Positions 36,980 through 47,800 of a DNA stretch of 64,000 bases are shown here, piece after piece (position 1 is the first letter of the stretch; each line of letters begins with the position of its first letter). The position numbers and the translations under genes are program-made. The stretch spans positions 82,145 through 146,144 of the forward strand of contig CAYJOD010000003.1 of assembly GCA_964371655.1 (NCBI GenBank), given 5' to 3'. The notes beneath the pieces are model-generated. The model had not been told where the DNA came from. It did not search any database and saw only the letters and a list, made by a program, of their open reading frames with translations. Source of the DNA: an uncultured Candidatus Binatia bacterium. GTDB taxonomy: Bacteria > Desulfobacterota > Binatia > HRBIN30.

Positions 36980-37363
36980 ATGGCGCTGGTTTCCCTGGTC
37001 GTGGTCTTGGCATTGGTAGAGTACTTCATCTTCGGCCTGATGGTCGGTCGGGCCCGGTTGCAGCATGGAGTCGAAGCACCGGCGACGTCGGGTCATCCCG
37101 TCTTCGATCGCACCATGCGCGTGCAGCAAAACACCCTCGAGCAGTTGGTGATCTTCATCCCCTCGATGTACCTGTTCGGGCAGTTCGTCAGCACCGGCTT
37201 CGCGGCCCTGCTCGGCGTCGTCTTCATTGTCGGACGTGCGGTTTACTATCGCGCGTACGTCGAGGACCCGAAGACACGCAGCGTCGGCTTCGCCCTGTCG
37301 GTGATCCCGCAGGTCATCCTCCTGCTCGGGGCGCTCCTCGGGGCGGCGGTCGCGGCGCTTTGA
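36980..37363 (+). CDS. MAPEG family membrane protein
   Basis: VGRAR...APA, R.QQNTLEQ, GRAVY. Confidence 0.88.
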   Translation: MALVSLVVVLALVEYFIFGLMVGRARLQHGVEAPATSGHPVFDRTMRVQQNTLEQLVIFIPSMYLFGQFVSTGFAALLGVVFIVGRAVYYRAYVEDPKTRSVGFALSVIPQVILLLGALLGAAVAAL

Positions 37364-37475
37364 GTGCGATGAGCCCGGCCCGGTCGTAAACGGTGCTTGG
37401 ACACGTTGACCCTCCTGATACGATGGCGGCAGCAGGTCGGAAGCGGCATCCGACTTCGTCAGAGGAGGTGGGACC

Positions 37476-37868
37476 ATGCGGGGCAGTTGTCGTTGTGGCG
37501 GCGTTGAGTTCGAGGCTAACAGCGTCTTCCTTTTCGGCCACTGTCACTGTTCGATGTGTCGTAAGGCGCACGGCGCTGCGTTTGCGACCTACGCCGAGAT
37601 TCGAGCCACACAGTTCCGTTTCGTCAAGGGCGAGGATCTCGTGCAGCTCTACCAATCCTCGCCGCAAGGTCATCGCGGCTTCTGCCGGGTCTGCGGTTCC
37701 AATGTCCCGGTGTACTCCCGCAACCGCAAGACGGTGTGGGTTCCCGCCGGCACGCTCGATGATGATCCCGGGATGCGGTCCACCTTTCACATGTTTGTCG
37801 GCTCCAGAGCGCCGTGGATGGCCCTCGACGACGAGCTTGCGAAGTACGACGAGTCTCCGCCGGAGTAA
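37476..37868 (+). CDS. GFA/CENP-V family protein
   Basis: GSCRCG, CHCSMCRK, FCRVCGS. Confidence 0.92.
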   Translation: MRGSCRCGGVEFEANSVFLFGHCHCSMCRKAHGAAFATYAEIRATQFRFVKGEDLVQLYQSSPQGHRGFCRVCGSNVPVYSRNRKTVWVPAGTLDDDPGMRSTFHMFVGSRAPWMALDDELAKYDESPPE

Positions 37869-38116
37869 CGGAGTAGGCCCGGAGCGCAGACTTCAGACTT
37901 CGGACCACAGGTTGCAGACTTGAGGAGCTTGCCAGCGAGCGGATGGCGTTCTCGTCCGTCGCAGGGCTCCGGAGGACGACTCCGGAGTGCGGCGTCGCAG
38001 GCGAAGGCCACAAGCCTGAAGTCCGAAGCCCGAAGCCTCCTTCGAATCGCACACGGCCTCGTTCCCGGTTGAATGCAGTGCGCTTGCCGGTCATACCGTG
38101 CTGTGGAGGATTGGCA

Positions 38117-38587
38117 ATGGCAAACAAGGCACCGCAACCGTGGACAGCCACGCAAGAACGAGTCGGCAACGTCGTGATCAAATGGATGTCGCTCGCCAAT
38201 ACCTTGCTCTACCGCATGAGCGGTGGTCGCCTGGGCGGACGCTTCCCGGGCGGCGCGCCGGTGTTGCTGCTGACGACAATCGGGCGCAAGTCGGGCCAGC
38301 CGCGCACCGCGCCGTTACTCTACCTCGAAGACGGCGATCGCCTGGTCGTGGTCGCGTCGAAAGGCGGCTTCGCGCACAGCCCGCTGTGGTTCCACAACCT
38401 CCAAGCCAACCCCGAGTGCGAGGTCGAAATCGGCGCGCAGAAGATTCCCATGCTCGCCCGCCACGCCAGCGCCGAAGAGAAGAAGGCGCTGTGGCCGAAG
38501 CTGGTGGCGATGTATCGTAGCTACGACGAGTATCAGGCGCGCACGACGCGCGACATTCCGGTGTTGATCTTGACGAAGAGAATCTAG
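38117..38587 (+). CDS. Deazaflavin (F420)-dependent nitroreductase family protein
   Basis: LLTTIGRKSGQPR, VASKGG, WFHNLQANP, YQARTTRDIP. Confidence 0.92.
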   Translation: MANKAPQPWTATQERVGNVVIKWMSLANTLLYRMSGGRLGGRFPGGAPVLLLTTIGRKSGQPRTAPLLYLEDGDRLVVVASKGGFAHSPLWFHNLQANPECEVEIGAQKIPMLARHASAEEKKALWPKLVAMYRSYDEYQARTTRDIPVLILTKRI

Positions 38588-38604
38588 TCCCAATCAAAAA
38601 AGAC

Positions 38605-38752
38605 TTTACCGCTGAGGCGCCGAGACGCTGAGCCAGCGCCGAGAAGAGAGAGGCAAACACGAGGGCAGGAAGCTGCTGCAAGTGAGATTGGCGGCCAGTC
38701 CCCTTAGCAACTGAAGAACTCGTTCCTCTGCGCCTCTGCGTCTCTGCGGTGC
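38605..38752. repeat. Intergenic CACCGCAGAG-type inverted pair
   Basis: taccgctgaggcgccgagacgctgag ... ctctgcgcctctgcgtctctgcggtg. Confidence 0.78.
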
Positions 38753-38883
38753 AGCTCTTTTCTAGGATCAGGACTCATTGTCGCTGTCGAGGCGGACTCC
38801 ACGTCGGGTCAGCGCGATTGATTTAAAGGGGGGCCTCGTCTATCGTCGCGCGGCCTGAAATCCAGACATTCGAGGTACACTTT

Positions 38884-40842
38884 GTGTTGAAGTTCATTCG
38901 CAGGAACGCCGGGGCGTTTTGGATCAAGATCATCTTCGGCGCCATTGTCGTCGTTTTCATCCTCTGGGGGGTTGGCGGCGGCATCGCCACCGGTAACCGA
39001 GAAGACTTCGTCGTGCGCGTGAACGAGAAATCGATCGAGCCGATCGAGTTCCGCCGCGCCCACGACAATTTGTACCGAGTTTACGAGAGTATCTACAAGG
39101 ATAACTTCAAGCCCGAGATCGCGAAGATGCTCGATCTGAAGACCAAGGCCGTCGATCAGCTGGTACGCGTCGCTCTCTTGCGCCAGGAGGCGGAACGTCT
39201 GGGCCTGGGCGCCAGCGACGCCGAGGTGCGCAACGCGATCGCCGGGATGAAGGCCTTCCAGACCGAGAGCGGTGGCTTCGACAAAGACCGCTATCTGCGC
39301 GTCCTGCGCGGCAGCCGCCTGACGGCGGGAGAATTTGAAGCCTCGGAGCGCGAGGAGATCGTTGTCAACAAGCTGCAGGACGTGATCGCCGCCGGTGTGC
39401 ACGTCGGTGAGGCGGAAGCGCTCGATCGCTTCCACTTCGAAAATGACAAGATCACGCTCAAGTTCATCAAGTTCGACTCCTCCACCTTCCTCACCGAGGT
39501 CGAGGCGACGGACGACGAGTTGCAGAAGCACTACGACGCCAATCAGGAGCAGCTCCGTGACCCGGACAAGGTACGCATCGACTTCGTGCACTACGTACCT
39601 GACAAATTCGTCGACAAGCTCAACGTGAGCGACGACGATCTACGGGCGTACTACGACGCGCACACGAGCGACTACGAGAAGCCGGAGCAAGTGGCGGCGC
39701 GGCACATCCTGCTGAAGGTCGACGAAGCGGCTGGCGAAGAAGCCAAAGCCGCGGTCCGCAAGAAGGCGGAGGCGCTCCTGGCGAAAGCGAAAGCCGGCGA
39801 CGACTTCGCAGCCTTGGCTAGCGCCAACTCCGAAGACGAAGGCAGCGCCACGAAGGGTGGCGACCTGGGTACCTTCGGGCGTGGGGCGATGGTGAAGCCT
39901 TTCGAAGACGCGGCGTTCGCGCTCAATCCGGGCGAGGTCAGCGACATCGTCGAAAGCCAGTACGGTTTTCATATCATCAAGGTCGAGAGCAAGGTCCCCG
40001 CGCACACGCAACCGTTCGACGAGGTGCGCACCAATATCGGGTTCACGGTAAGGACCGAGCAGGTGCGCCGGTTGGCGCATGAGCAGGCGGACGCGGACCA
40101 TGCGAAAGTCGAGGCGGGGGCGAGCCTGAGCAGCGTCGCGGAGTCTTCTGGGTTCAAGATGGAATCGCCGGAACCGTTCGCGCAAGGCGATAGCCCGGCG
40201 GGGATCGGACCTGGACCCGTGACCAAAGTGGCGTTTGCCACCGAAGCCGGCAAGCTCGGACCGGTTGTCGACGCGCCGGCCGGGTTTTACGTCTTCGTGG
40301 TCAAAGAGAGGATCGCTTCCAGGGTTCCGCCGCTGCCCGAGGTTCGTGAGCGCGTTCAGACCGCCGTGCGCGAGAAGAAGGCCGAGGCTGTCGCCAAGAC
40401 CAAGGCGGAGGCGGCATTGGCAGCGCTGCGTGCTTCCGGCGACATCGATGCCGTCGCGCAGTCGCTCAACGTTAGCGGCGACGAGACCGGCGAGTTCGCA
40501 CGCCCAGGGGAGTACATCTCGAAGATCGGCAGCTCTCCCGAGCTCAAGACCGCAGCCTTCAAGCTCACGCCCAAGGAGCGGGTCGCGCCGGAAGTGTATG
40601 CGGTCTCGGGCAGCAGCGTCATCGCGGTCCTGAAGGATGTGAGCAACGCCGACGAGGAGAAGTTCAAGTCCGACAAGGACAACCTGATGCGTCAGCTCGA
40701 GGAACGGCGCAAGGGGCAGGCGTTGGAAGAGTTCGTAAACTACCTCAAGGCGCGCGCGACCATCGAGCTGAATCAGGACTATCTCGCCGCCATCCCGGAT
40801 ACGGGTCGTCTGCTCGGCGGCGAAACGCGCGGCCGGCCATAG
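38884..40842 (+). CDS. ppiD: Periplasmic chaperone / parvulin peptidyl-prolyl isomerase PpiD
   Basis: N-terminal TM anchor, SurA-N-like region, [27 protein letters not shown]. Confidence 0.88.
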   Translation: MLKFIRRNAGAFWIKIIFGAIVVVFILWGVGGGIATGNREDFVVRVNEKSIEPIEFRRAHDNLYRVYESIYKDNFKPEIAKMLDLKTKAVDQLVRVALLRQEAERLGLGASDAEVRNAIAGMKAFQTESGGFDKDRYLRVLRGSRLTAGEFEASEREEIVVNKLQDVIAAGVHVGEAEALDRFHFENDKITLKFIKFDSSTFLTEVEATDDELQKHYDANQEQLRDPDKVRIDFVHYVPDKFVDKLNVSDDDLRAYYDAHTSDYEKPEQVAARHILLKVDEAAGEEAKAAVRKKAEALLAKAKAGDDFAALASANSEDEGSATKGGDLGTFGRGAMVKPFEDAAFALNPGEVSDIVESQYGFHIIKVESKVPAHTQPFDEVRTNIGFTVRTEQVRRLAHEQADADHAKVEAGASLSSVAESSGFKMESPEPFAQGDSPAGIGPGPVTKVAFATEAGKLGPVVDAPAGFYVFVVKERIASRVPPLPEVRERVQTAVREKKAEAVAKTKAEAALAALRASGDIDAVAQSLNVSGDETGEFARPGEYISKIGSSPELKTAAFKLTPKERVAPEVYAVSGSSVIAVLKDVSNADEEKFKSDKDNLMRQLEERRKGQALEEFVNYLKARATIELNQDYLAAIPDTGRLLGGETRGRP

Positions 40843-40880
40843 GTTGGTGGCCTGAGTCAGACGTCCGCCAAGACGTAAGG

Positions 40881-41127
40881 ACCCTCACCCTAACCCTCTC
40901 CCAAAGGGAGAGGGGAGCTTGTCCTTCTCCCTCTCCCCCTGGGAGAGGAGACTGTCGATAAATCCGAATGGAAAACAGGAAACGGAAAACCGGAAACCGG
41001 AAACTGAGCTATGGTTACGCAGAAGGGCCGGTTTTTCATTTTCGGTTTCCGGTTTCCTGTTTTCCATTCTCCGAGCGACGGCCTGTTGCGGAGAGAATCG
41101 ACATTCACAGAGGGCAGGGGTGAGGGT
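40881..41127. repeat. CCCTCACCC/CCCTCTCCC REP doublet interrupted by a 161-bp element (40948-41108) carrying GGAAACC heptamer repeats
   Basis: AGAG duplicated at 40944-40947 and 41109-41112; degenerate ends gagactgtcgat / atcgacattcac. Confidence 0.7.
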
Positions 41128-41144
41128 GATCGGCGCAGTTCCAG

Positions 41145-41990
41145 ATGCCCCATTCCGTTCTTGAACCTACGACATCACCGCCTGTGCCCTCCGCACCCAC
41201 CCCTGCGTGGAGCGGTCCCTTCCATTGGCGTGGCGGCGATACGACCTGTCTGCTCATCCACGGTTTTACCGCGACGCCGCAGGAGATGCGCTTTCTCGGT
41301 GAACGCCTGCACGCCGCTGGGCATACGGTCTACGGTGCCCGTGTCGCCGGGCATGCAACTTCCGTAGAGGATCTCGAACGTGCGAGCTGGCGCGACTGGT
41401 ACGCGTCGGTGCGCGAGCCGCTGGCGGAAGTCCACCGCCAGTCCAAACACGTCGTCGTCGTCGGCCAATCCATGGGGGCGCTGCTGGCGTTGGCACTGGC
41501 CGCGCAACACCCGCAAGAGATCGCGGCCGTCGTTCTCCTCGCCCCCGCGCTCGTGCTGCAGCAGCGCTGGCTGCAGCGCGTGCGGCCGCTCCTGCCGCTG
41601 CTGGCGAAGATGCCGGGGCAACGTCTGCGATTCCTGGCCAAGGGGCGGAGCGATATCGCCGATCCGGCCGCACATCTCGATCGCGAATCCTACGATCGCA
41701 TCCCGCTGCGCGCCGTGCATCAACTCCTGTCCCTGCAGCGGCACGTGCGGCGGCAGTTACCTAGAGTTCGGCAACCGGTGCTCGTGATTCAATCGCGTCA
41801 GGACCATAGCTGCTCGAGCGCGGGGGTTCGGCAGCTCCAGCGCGAGTTGGCCGGCCCGCTGGACGTCATCATGCTCGACGACAGCTATCATGTCGTCAGC
41901 GTCGACTTCGATCGCGAACGCGTGGCCGCCGCCGTGGACGCGTTTGCTACGAAGACCCGGCGGCTCGATGCGGGACCGATTGAGTCTTGA
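41145..41990 (+). CDS. Carboxylesterase (alpha/beta hydrolase)
   Basis: LIHGFT, GQSMG, QDH, SYHV. Confidence 0.9.
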   Translation: MPHSVLEPTTSPPVPSAPTPAWSGPFHWRGGDTTCLLIHGFTATPQEMRFLGERLHAAGHTVYGARVAGHATSVEDLERASWRDWYASVREPLAEVHRQSKHVVVVGQSMGALLALALAAQHPQEIAAVVLLAPALVLQQRWLQRVRPLLPLLAKMPGQRLRFLAKGRSDIADPAAHLDRESYDRIPLRAVHQLLSLQRHVRRQLPRVRQPVLVIQSRQDHSCSSAGVRQLQRELAGPLDVIMLDDSYHVVSVDFDRERVAAAVDAFATKTRRLDAGPIES

Positions 41991-42039
41991 TTGGCCCGGG
42001 TGGCTTGAGTACTGCTTCCGAGCGTAGGGAGGATTGTGC

Positions 42040-43497
42040 ATGATGAAGACGCTGTTTCTCGGACCGCCATCGTTCGACGACTTCGATGGCGGAGCAGGAT
42101 CACGCTACCAGGCGCGACGCGAAGTGCGCTCGTTCTGGTATCCCACCTGGCTCGCACAGGCGGCGGCGCTGATTCCGGACAGCACTCTCATCGACGCACC
42201 ACCGCATGACCTGACGCTTGAGGACGTCACCCGGCAGGCGGCCGGGCACGACTTGATCGTCATTCACACCTCGACTCCGTCGCTCGCTTCCGACGCCAAG
42301 ACCGCGGCGCATCTCAAGCAAGCGTTCCCGCGCGCCATCGTTGGTTTCGTCGGGGCGCACACGATGATTCTTCCCGACGAGACCCTGAAAGCCGCTCCGG
42401 CAGTGGATTTCGTCAGCCTCGGCGAGTTCGACTACGTCATCAAGGAGCTCGCCGAAGGGCGCCCATTCTCGGAGGTCGCCGGCCTCGCCTATCGCGCCGA
42501 AGACGGACAGGTGCGCAAGACGGCACTGCGACCGCCGATTCACGACCTCGATGTTTTCCCCTTTGTCACCGACGTCTACGCCAAGCACTTGCAGATCGAG
42601 AAGTACTTCATCGGCTACCTGCTCCATCCGTACGTGTCGCTGTACACCGGGCGCGGCTGCCGCAGCAAATGTAGCTTCTGCCTATGGCCACAGACCATTG
42701 CCGGCCACGTCTACCGGACGCGCAGCGCCGAGCACGTGATCGCCGAGATGGCACACGCCAAGAAGTTGTTTCCGCAGGTGCGCGAGTTCTTCTTCGATGA
42801 CGACACCTTCACCGACGACCGCGTCCGCGCCGAGGAAGTCGCGCGCGGGCTCGGCAAGCTCGGCATCACCTGGTCGTGCAACGCCAAGGCCAACGTCCCC
42901 TACGAGACCCTGAAGATTCTGCGCGACAACGGCCTGCGTTTGCTGTTGGTCGGGTTCGAGACCGGCAACCAGCACATCCTCAACAATATCCGCAAAGGCA
43001 CCCGCGTCGATCGTGCCGTCGAGTTCATGAAGGATTGCCACAAGCTCGGCATCCTCGTGCACGGCACCTTCATCGTCGGGCTTCCCGGCGAGACGCTGGA
43101 GACGATTCAGACGACGATCGACTTCGCCAAGGAGATCGACCCCTACAGCTTGCAAGTGTCGCTGGCGGCGCCTTATCCCGGCACCGCGCTGTACGAGGAG
43201 GCCATTGCCAAGGGCTGGCTCACGCACGAGCGCGAGCGCGATCTGGTTCAAGACGCCGGCATTCAGGAAGCCGTGATGGCGTACGACGGATTGTCGTCGG
43301 AGCAGATCCACGACGCGCTCGAACGCTTCTACCGCGCCTACTACCTGCGACCGCGGCCGATCATCCGGATCGTGAAGGACATGCTGCGCGATCGTGAGGT
43401 CATGGTGCGACGCCTGCGCGAGGCGCGCGAATTCTTCACGTTCATGGCGCAACGACGATTGAACCACCGCACGCAGAGCCCGGCCACCGTGGCGTGA
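42040..43497 (+). CDS. hpnJ: Hopanoid biosynthesis-associated radical SAM protein HpnJ
   Basis: FDGGAGSRYQARREVRSFWYPTWLAQ; GRGCRSKCSFCLWP; FFDDDTFT. Confidence 0.93.
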   Translation: MMKTLFLGPPSFDDFDGGAGSRYQARREVRSFWYPTWLAQAAALIPDSTLIDAPPHDLTLEDVTRQAAGHDLIVIHTSTPSLASDAKTAAHLKQAFPRAIVGFVGAHTMILPDETLKAAPAVDFVSLGEFDYVIKELAEGRPFSEVAGLAYRAEDGQVRKTALRPPIHDLDVFPFVTDVYAKHLQIEKYFIGYLLHPYVSLYTGRGCRSKCSFCLWPQTIAGHVYRTRSAEHVIAEMAHAKKLFPQVREFFFDDDTFTDDRVRAEEVARGLGKLGITWSCNAKANVPYETLKILRDNGLRLLLVGFETGNQHILNNIRKGTRVDRAVEFMKDCHKLGILVHGTFIVGLPGETLETIQTTIDFAKEIDPYSLQVSLAAPYPGTALYEEAIAKGWLTHERERDLVQDAGIQEAVMAYDGLSSEQIHDALERFYRAYYLRPRPIIRIVKDMLRDREVMVRRLREAREFFTFMAQRRLNHRTQSPATVA

Positions 43498-43520
43498 GGC
43501 GAGAGCCCTGAGTCGGCACC

Positions 43521-43642
43521 GCCGGAACCGAACTGGAAAGAAATGGAAAACAGGAAACCGAAAACCGGAAATGGAAAACCGGTCAATTGATCGGTTTTGA
43601 ATTTCCGGTTTCCTGTCTGCGGTTTTCCATTTTCTTTCCGTC
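43521..43642 (+). repeat. GCCGGAACCGAA-led GGAAAAC/GGAAACC heptamer hairpin element, copy 1 of 3
   Basis: Similar copies at ~46377-46495 and ~47584-47702 in the same orientation. Confidence 0.85.
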
Positions 43643-43711
43643 TCATCTCTGTGCCCTCTGTGGTTCAAAATCTGCTCTCCCGGCTCAACCTGGAATCGTC
43701 GGGATCTGAAG

Positions 43712-44527
43712 ATGCTATTTGCCATCCTCGCCAGCACGCTGATGACGCTCGGCCTCTACTTGATGAAGCGCCAAGCCGAGCGCCTGCCTTCTCTTGGCGG
43801 CGGGTGGCGCATCGACGGCTGGGTCGCGTTTGCACGTGATCCGCTCTGGATCGCCGGCGTGATCCTGCAGATCGGCGGCTATGGACTCTACCTCACGGCC
43901 TTGCGCGAAACGCCCTTGTCGATCGTCCACACCGCTCTCAATGGCGGCATCGCTCTCTTCGTTGTCTTGGCGGTATTGGGTCTTGGCGAAGAGCCGCGGC
44001 CACTGGAGTGGCTCGGCGCCGCCGCCGTCGCGCTCGGATTGATGGCGTTGGGGGCGTCCTCTTTGCCCGAGACGCAGGGTGTCGGGACAGGAGTCGTGAG
44101 CACCGCTGCCTTCGCGGTGGTGACGATCGGCGCCGCACTCGCTGCGCTCACCCTCGACCCTCGTGCCGGCCGCTCGGTTGGCTTGAGCGTGGCCAGCGGG
44201 CTCATGCTCGGCCTTGCCGCGTTGTATGCGAAACAGCTCGCGGCATCCGAGTCGGTTGGCGCGGCGGTCGTCAGTCTTCCCCTCGCGCAGACACTCGGCG
44301 CCAACATGATCGGTTTCGCACTCATGCAGGGTTCGTTGCAGTCCGGCAAGGGAGTCGTCGTCGTACCCATCTTCTCAACCCTATCGAATCTGGTTCCGAT
44401 TGTTGCCGGCGTCCTCGTCTACGGAGAACCTCTGCCCACGGAGCCGGCTCAGGTCGTGCTGCGGCTTGCCGCAGTCGCACTCGCCCTCGGCGGCGCGGCG
44501 GTGCTCGGCACTGCCGGGGGGAGGTGA
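43712..44527 (+). CDS. DMT/EamA-like membrane protein
   Basis: Many hydrophobic segments; WIAG, ALRETPLSIV, LGLGE, GVLVYGE. Confidence 0.7.
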   Translation: MLFAILASTLMTLGLYLMKRQAERLPSLGGGWRIDGWVAFARDPLWIAGVILQIGGYGLYLTALRETPLSIVHTALNGGIALFVVLAVLGLGEEPRPLEWLGAAAVALGLMALGASSLPETQGVGTGVVSTAAFAVVTIGAALAALTLDPRAGRSVGLSVASGLMLGLAALYAKQLAASESVGAAVVSLPLAQTLGANMIGFALMQGSLQSGKGVVVVPIFSTLSNLVPIVAGVLVYGEPLPTEPAQVVLRLAAVALALGGAAVLGTAGGR

Positions 44528-44794
44528 CAAGAACCGGTGCTGCGCTCGCACTCGCTCGCAACTCAGTAGCCTGTTCTCTTTTCCGGGTAGTAGTGTGAAC
44601 CAGGCACTTTGCGATTTTGCGTCTTGGCGCGAGAAACGTCTGAGCTTGTCTCGCGCCAAGACGCAGAGGCGCATAGGGGAAGATGCGAGGAGCGCTATCG
44701 GGACCTCCCCTCATGCTTGTGCCCGTCTTGCGCTCGAGTCTCGCATTTGACTCGCTCGGTCTCGGTGGTAGGCTCCGCGCACGGAAGTAATGAA

Positions 44795-45400
44795 ATGGGT
44801 CTCGCCGCTGCGTTGTTCTCTGACGATCCGCTGCTCATCCACTCGACGCGTAGCCTGAAGCGGATGAGCGACCGCGAGTTCTTCGACTTCTGCCAGATCA
44901 ACAGGGATCTCCGTATCGAGCGCACGAAGACGGGGGATATTCTCATCGTGCCACCGACAGGGGGAGAAACGGGTCGGCGCAACTTCCTTCTCACCGGACT
45001 GTTCACTGCCTGGGTGGAGGCCGACGGCACCGGCGTTGGTTTTGATTCGTCGACACTCTTCACCCTTCCCAACGGCGCTAAGCGATCTCCAGATGCATCA
45101 TGGGTGAAGCGCTCGCGCTGGGAGCGGTTAACAAGCCGGCAGAAGGACGAGTTTCCGCCGCTGTGCCCTGACTTCGTGGTGGAGCTACGCTCGCCATCGG
45201 ACTCCCTGCGGACGCTGCAGGACAAGATGGAAGAGTACATGGCCAACGGCGCGCGGCTCGGATGGCTGATTGATCCCATCGAACAGCGCGTCTACGTCTA
45301 CCGCCGCCGCCGCCGGCCACAGCGTTTGGACGATCCAACCATTGTGCGTGGCGATCCCGAGCTGCCCGGCCTTGCGCTCGATGTGTCGCGGTTGTGGTGA
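44795..45400 (+). CDS. Uma2 family endonuclease
   Basis: RIER..GDI, FDSS, RSPDASW, PDFVVELRSPSD, KMEEY..NG.RLGWLIDP. Confidence 0.92.
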   Translation: MGLAAALFSDDPLLIHSTRSLKRMSDREFFDFCQINRDLRIERTKTGDILIVPPTGGETGRRNFLLTGLFTAWVEADGTGVGFDSSTLFTLPNGAKRSPDASWVKRSRWERLTSRQKDEFPPLCPDFVVELRSPSDSLRTLQDKMEEYMANGARLGWLIDPIEQRVYVYRRRRRPQRLDDPTIVRGDPELPGLALDVSRLW

Positions 45401-45453
45401 CTAGGGGGCTGGGGACTTGGGGCTCGGGACTGGGGAAGGCAAACTCCCGAGTC

Positions 45454-46362
45454 TCACGCCAGTTCGTCATACCTGATACACCGCACTCCGGCGCGCTCCA
45501 GCGCCTCGCGGACCCGTGGGCTCTTGAGCGCCGCTAGCTCGCCTTCACATTCGTAGCTCGGCGGACGCCAGCGTCGTGCTTCGGCGTCGACGATCGAGGC
45601 GTGGGTGTAGATCTCGGTCACGCCGGGTGGCAGTCGATCGATCAGTCCGAGCATGTAGCTCGCCGTCATGTGTCCGCTCTGGTGCAGGCCGAACACTTGG
45701 TCCGCTACACGTACGGCGCGTGCTGCAATGCGTGGCGCGGCGTAGGCAGCGAGGCCGCGGAAGGTCATCGACTCCGCCGTCTTTCGAGCTCGCTCCGTCG
45801 CATCGAGTGCCAACGAGATCGCCAACGGCTCGCGTGGCAGGCGTAGGGCGCGAATCCCATATTCCTCGGCGACATCCAACAAGATCGCCAGAACCGTAGG
45901 ATGCATGTGGATATTGAGGTGGCCATCGACATGCGACAGCGGCAGTCCGGTGCAGCGAAACTTGTCGAGCTGAGCACGGATCTCGCGCCGCAGCTGGGCG
46001 CGCAGGCCCGGCGTGAAGAAGTAACGGAAGCCGACCGCCACCGCGTTGTTGCTGAACATGCCGTCGGCGTCGACCAGACCCGGTATCTGCCGGCGCTCGC
46101 AAGCGGCCTGTCCTTGCACCAGGACCAGATGCAGCCCGACACCCAACGCCGGGTTCTGCCGCGCCAACTCGACGGCTTCTGCGAATGCCACCGCGTTCAC
46201 CATCAGACTAGCGTTGGTGAGGATGCCGTGGGTGTGGGCGTCGATGATGCCAGCATTGACACCCGGAGACAGACCGAAGTCGTCGGCGGAGATGATGACG
46301 CGGCGGTCGGCGCCTCGCGACTCAGTCGCAGATCGGGAGGATCGTACCAGCGCGGTCCGCAT
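45454..46362 (-). CDS. hpnK: Hopanoid biosynthesis-associated deacetylase HpnK (YdjC/ChbG family)
   Basis: ADDFG, GLHLVL, HVDGHLNIHMHP, TEIYTH; near hpnJ. Confidence 0.88.
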   Translation of the reverse strand: MRTALVRSSRSATESRGADRRVIISADDFGLSPGVNAGIIDAHTHGILTNASLMVNAVAFAEAVELARQNPALGVGLHLVLVQGQAACERRQIPGLVDADGMFSNNAVAVGFRYFFTPGLRAQLRREIRAQLDKFRCTGLPLSHVDGHLNIHMHPTVLAILLDVAEEYGIRALRLPREPLAISLALDATERARKTAESMTFRGLAAYAAPRIAARAVRVADQVFGLHQSGHMTASYMLGLIDRLPPGVTEIYTHASIVDAEARRWRPPSYECEGELAALKSPRVREALERAGVRCIRYDELA

Positions 46363-46376
46363 CCTTCACCAGTAGG

Positions 46377-46495
46377 GCCGGAACCGAACCGGAAGAAATG
46401 GAAAACAGGAAACCGGAAACCGGAGATGGAAAACCGGCAAATTGACCAGTGTTCGGTTTCCTGTTTCCTGTTTCCGGTTTTCCATTTCCTTCTCG
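46377..46495 (+). repeat. Heptamer hairpin element, copy 2 of 3
   Basis: gccggaaccgaaccggaagaaatggaaaacaggaaacc...ggttttccatttc. Confidence 0.85.
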
Positions 46496-46554
46496 CACTG
46501 GGCAGGACCTTCGGAAAGGTGAGGTTGCCCGCCTGTGCCGTTCATCGCTTGCGA

Positions 46555-47559
46555 CTACGCCGAGACCTCGACCCGAGCGCGCCGCCCGAGCCGCCGTCGC
46601 GACGCGATTGCCAGTCCGATCATCGCCCACGTCAGCTCGCGAATTCGCCGCAAGAGTCCGAGCGTCAATCCCTTTGCCGGATCGAGGCCGAGCAGCGTGA
46701 AGATCAGCACCTTGCCGCCCTCCTGCGTGCCGGCCTTCATGGGGACGAAGAAGAGCATGCCGTCGATCGCCACCGATAGCACCTCGACCGTGAGCGCCGT
46801 GTGCAGTGTTGCTGGCAAGCCGAGAAAGCGCAGGACCAGGTAGACCTCTACCACGCCCATGCACCACCCGGCGAAGAAGCAGGCGGCCGACAGAAGAAAC
46901 GGCGCGCTCGCTTCCACGTGCAGGCGCGCGATCTCCGCGTCTAGACGTTGCAGGCGACGCATCAGATCCGGGGCGCTCGCCGACAGCCGTAAGCGCTGCG
47001 CCAGACGCAACAGCGGCGCGAACATGCCGCGGCGCTGCCCCAGCACCAGCGCCGCGGCCAGGCAGGAAAAGATCACGAGTCCGAGGAGCACGCCGTTGCG
47101 CACCTGCGGCGGCAGCGGCGTGTCGTCGAGGATGATGGCGAGGCCGACGAGGATGAACGTCACCTGCCCGACGGTTTGGCTGACCTTGGCGACGGCGAGC
47201 GACGCAACAATCGTCGTGGAGCTGCCGAATCCACGCAATAGACGCGAGCGCACGAACTCTCCGCCAATCGTCGCCGTCGGCGTGAGGTAGTTGACCGCGT
47301 CGCCGGCGAGGCGCGCGGCGAGCAGCTGGCGAAACGGAATGGCTGGCTTCGGTGAGGTGAACGCGCACCACCAGCCGAGCGTGTTCGCCGTAATCGCGAT
47401 AGACTCCTGACCAATGATCAGAAGGATGCCCCAGCCGACCATGCGCAGATCGGTCGCGACCTCACGCACGTCGAGCTGATAGATGAGGAAGCCGAGCAGC
47501 AGGGCCCCGGCCGCCAGGAGAAGTCGCTCAACCAGTCGAAGTAGACGCGCGGGACGCAT
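46555..47559 (-). CDS. Flippase-like / lysylphosphatidylglycerol synthase TM domain protein (HpnL-like)
   Basis: RLAGDAVNYLTP...GGE, VP..AGTQEGG, RRIRE. Confidence 0.85.
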   Translation of the reverse strand: MRPARLLRLVERLLLAAGALLLGFLIYQLDVREVATDLRMVGWGILLIIGQESIAITANTLGWWCAFTSPKPAIPFRQLLAARLAGDAVNYLTPTATIGGEFVRSRLLRGFGSSTTIVASLAVAKVSQTVGQVTFILVGLAIILDDTPLPPQVRNGVLLGLVIFSCLAAALVLGQRRGMFAPLLRLAQRLRLSASAPDLMRRLQRLDAEIARLHVEASAPFLLSAACFFAGWCMGVVEVYLVLRFLGLPATLHTALTVEVLSVAIDGMLFFVPMKAGTQEGGKVLIFTLLGLDPAKGLTLGLLRRIRELTWAMIGLAIASRRRLGRRARVEVSA

Positions 47560-47583
47560 GCGAGGTGTGACTGCCCTACGACA

Positions 47584-47702
47584 GCCGGAACCGAACAGGA
47601 AGAAATGGAAAACAGGAAACCGAAAACCGGAGATGGAAAACCGGTAAATTGACCAGTTTCCTGCTTCCGGTTTCCTGTTTTCGGTTCTTCATTTTCTTTC
47701 CG
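47584..47702 (+). repeat. Heptamer hairpin element, copy 3 of 3
   Basis: gccggaaccgaacaggaagaaatggaaaacaggaaacc...ttcattttctttcc. Confidence 0.85.
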
Positions 47703-47800
47703 TGCTGTTCAAGATTGTTCCGGTAAGGGACTAACCCTCTCCCGCAAGTAATGCGGGAGAGGGGAGCTTGCCACGGTCACGTCTCTCCGCTGCATCAGGC

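Noticed and set aside
43521-47702. CRISPR array from repeated intergenic units
   Set aside because: Copies are separated by whole genes, are internally tandem and palindromic, and no cas genes are present.
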